This document shows, in pieces, positions 63,688-64,000 of a DNA stretch of 64,000 bases; position 1 is the first letter of the stretch, and every line of letters begins with the position of its first letter. Below the pieces are notes generated by a model, which was not told the DNA's origin, ran no database searches, and worked only from the letters and a program-made list of their open reading frames with translations. Both the position numbers and the translations under genes were made by a program. Source of the DNA: Candidatus Paceibacter sp. (GTDB taxonomy: Bacteria; Patescibacteriota; Patescibacteriia; Magasanikbacterales; UBA922); the NCBI GenBank assembly GCA_020725175.1, contig DYFM01000001.1, positions 65,504 to 129,503 on the forward strand. The letters run 5' to 3'.

Positions 63688-64000
63688 TGTTATATGACAG
63701 AAACCATACACAAAGGAAAAATTTTTGCCGATACCAGTAGTCTGGAAGAGATTGCTGAGATCAAAGCATTGCTTGGTTATCTTGATGGTGTCACAACAAA
63801 TCCAAGTAATTTCGTAAAAACATTGATGGACGGAACGGAACGAGTGTATGATCAAGATGAACTTTTGGAATTATATAAAAAACGTATTCAGGAGATTCGA
63901 AGCATTCTTCCAACTGGCTCTATTTCCGTTGAGGTCTATGCGGATCATAAAACCTCGGCAGAAGAAATGATTGTGCAAGCAGAAGAAATGAATACCTGGA
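63688..64000 (+). CDS. Transaldolase / fructose-6-phosphate aldolase family protein (N-terminal part, runs off window end)
   Basis: MTETIHKGKIFADTSSLEEIAEIKALLGYLDGVTTNPS carries the transaldolase GVTTNPS signature. Confidence 0.8.

Noticed and set aside
63122-63688. 188-aa minus-strand ORF
   Set aside because: Pro/Arg-rich low-complexity translation of a GC-rich structured region. More plausibly non-coding RNA or a leader.

Overview
The window is a moderately AT-rich bacterial chromosome segment with the gene content and streamlined, operon-dense layout typical of Candidate Phyla Radiation / Patescibacteria-like genomes. Core housekeeping genes are interrupted by AT-rich accessory blocks and mobile DNA.

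Recognisable core genes are htpX (partial), lemA, rseP, pheS-pheT, archaeal-type PEP carboxylase, dnaE, tsaD, rplJ-rplL, mreB, bcp, mutM, an ECF sigma / anti-sigma pair, MscS, mraZ-rsmH-ftsL, a membrane-anchored ClpC-like ATPase, dnaG-rpoD, Fe/Mn-SOD, a 2-Cys peroxiredoxin and a partial transaldolase. There is also a surface-glycan cluster (MraY/WecA-like, DUF192, UXS-like, GT2, GT4), a GT2 cellulose-synthase-like gene with a DUF4012 partner, and an orphan riboflavin kinase + lumazine synthase pair. RNA genes are tRNA-Glu(UUC) and tRNA-Thr(GGU).

Mobile DNA comprises a complete TnpA-only IS200-like element wedged between a terminator and tRNA-Glu, and a ~1.05 kb IS with ~34-bp terminal inverted repeats whose zinc-ribbon/DDE transposase is split by an A7 slippery run.

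The most unusual features are in non-coding sequence:
- Two dispersed intergenic repeat families:
  - A GTTCGTA/CGAACATACGAA palindromic family, with three copies, two of them flanking rsmH in the dcw cluster.
  - A GC-rich CCTAGG-core family, with three copies at gene 3' ends.
- A candidate MraZ-box array (AAAGTGGG x4) upstream of mraZ.
- A GCAAGTTGGCAAG motif shared by two divergent promoter regions.
- A hexa/heptanucleotide microsatellite in the bcp/CPBP divergent promoter.
- A G9 homopolymer at an ORF frame junction.
- A GC-rich island carrying an unannotated 59-aa membrane-peptide ORF with a strong RBS and its own terminator.
- A roughly 300-nt GC-rich structured region upstream of transaldolase, likely a ncRNA.

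Gene-level oddities are an AT-rich 974-aa gene wedged between lemA and htpX, a cytoplasmic ATP-grasp + NlpC/P60 pair, a PP2C-like/beta-propeller membrane protein, tandem paralogous lipoproteins, a large pentapeptide-repeat protein, and a DAHP-synthase-family gene translationally coupled to dnaE.
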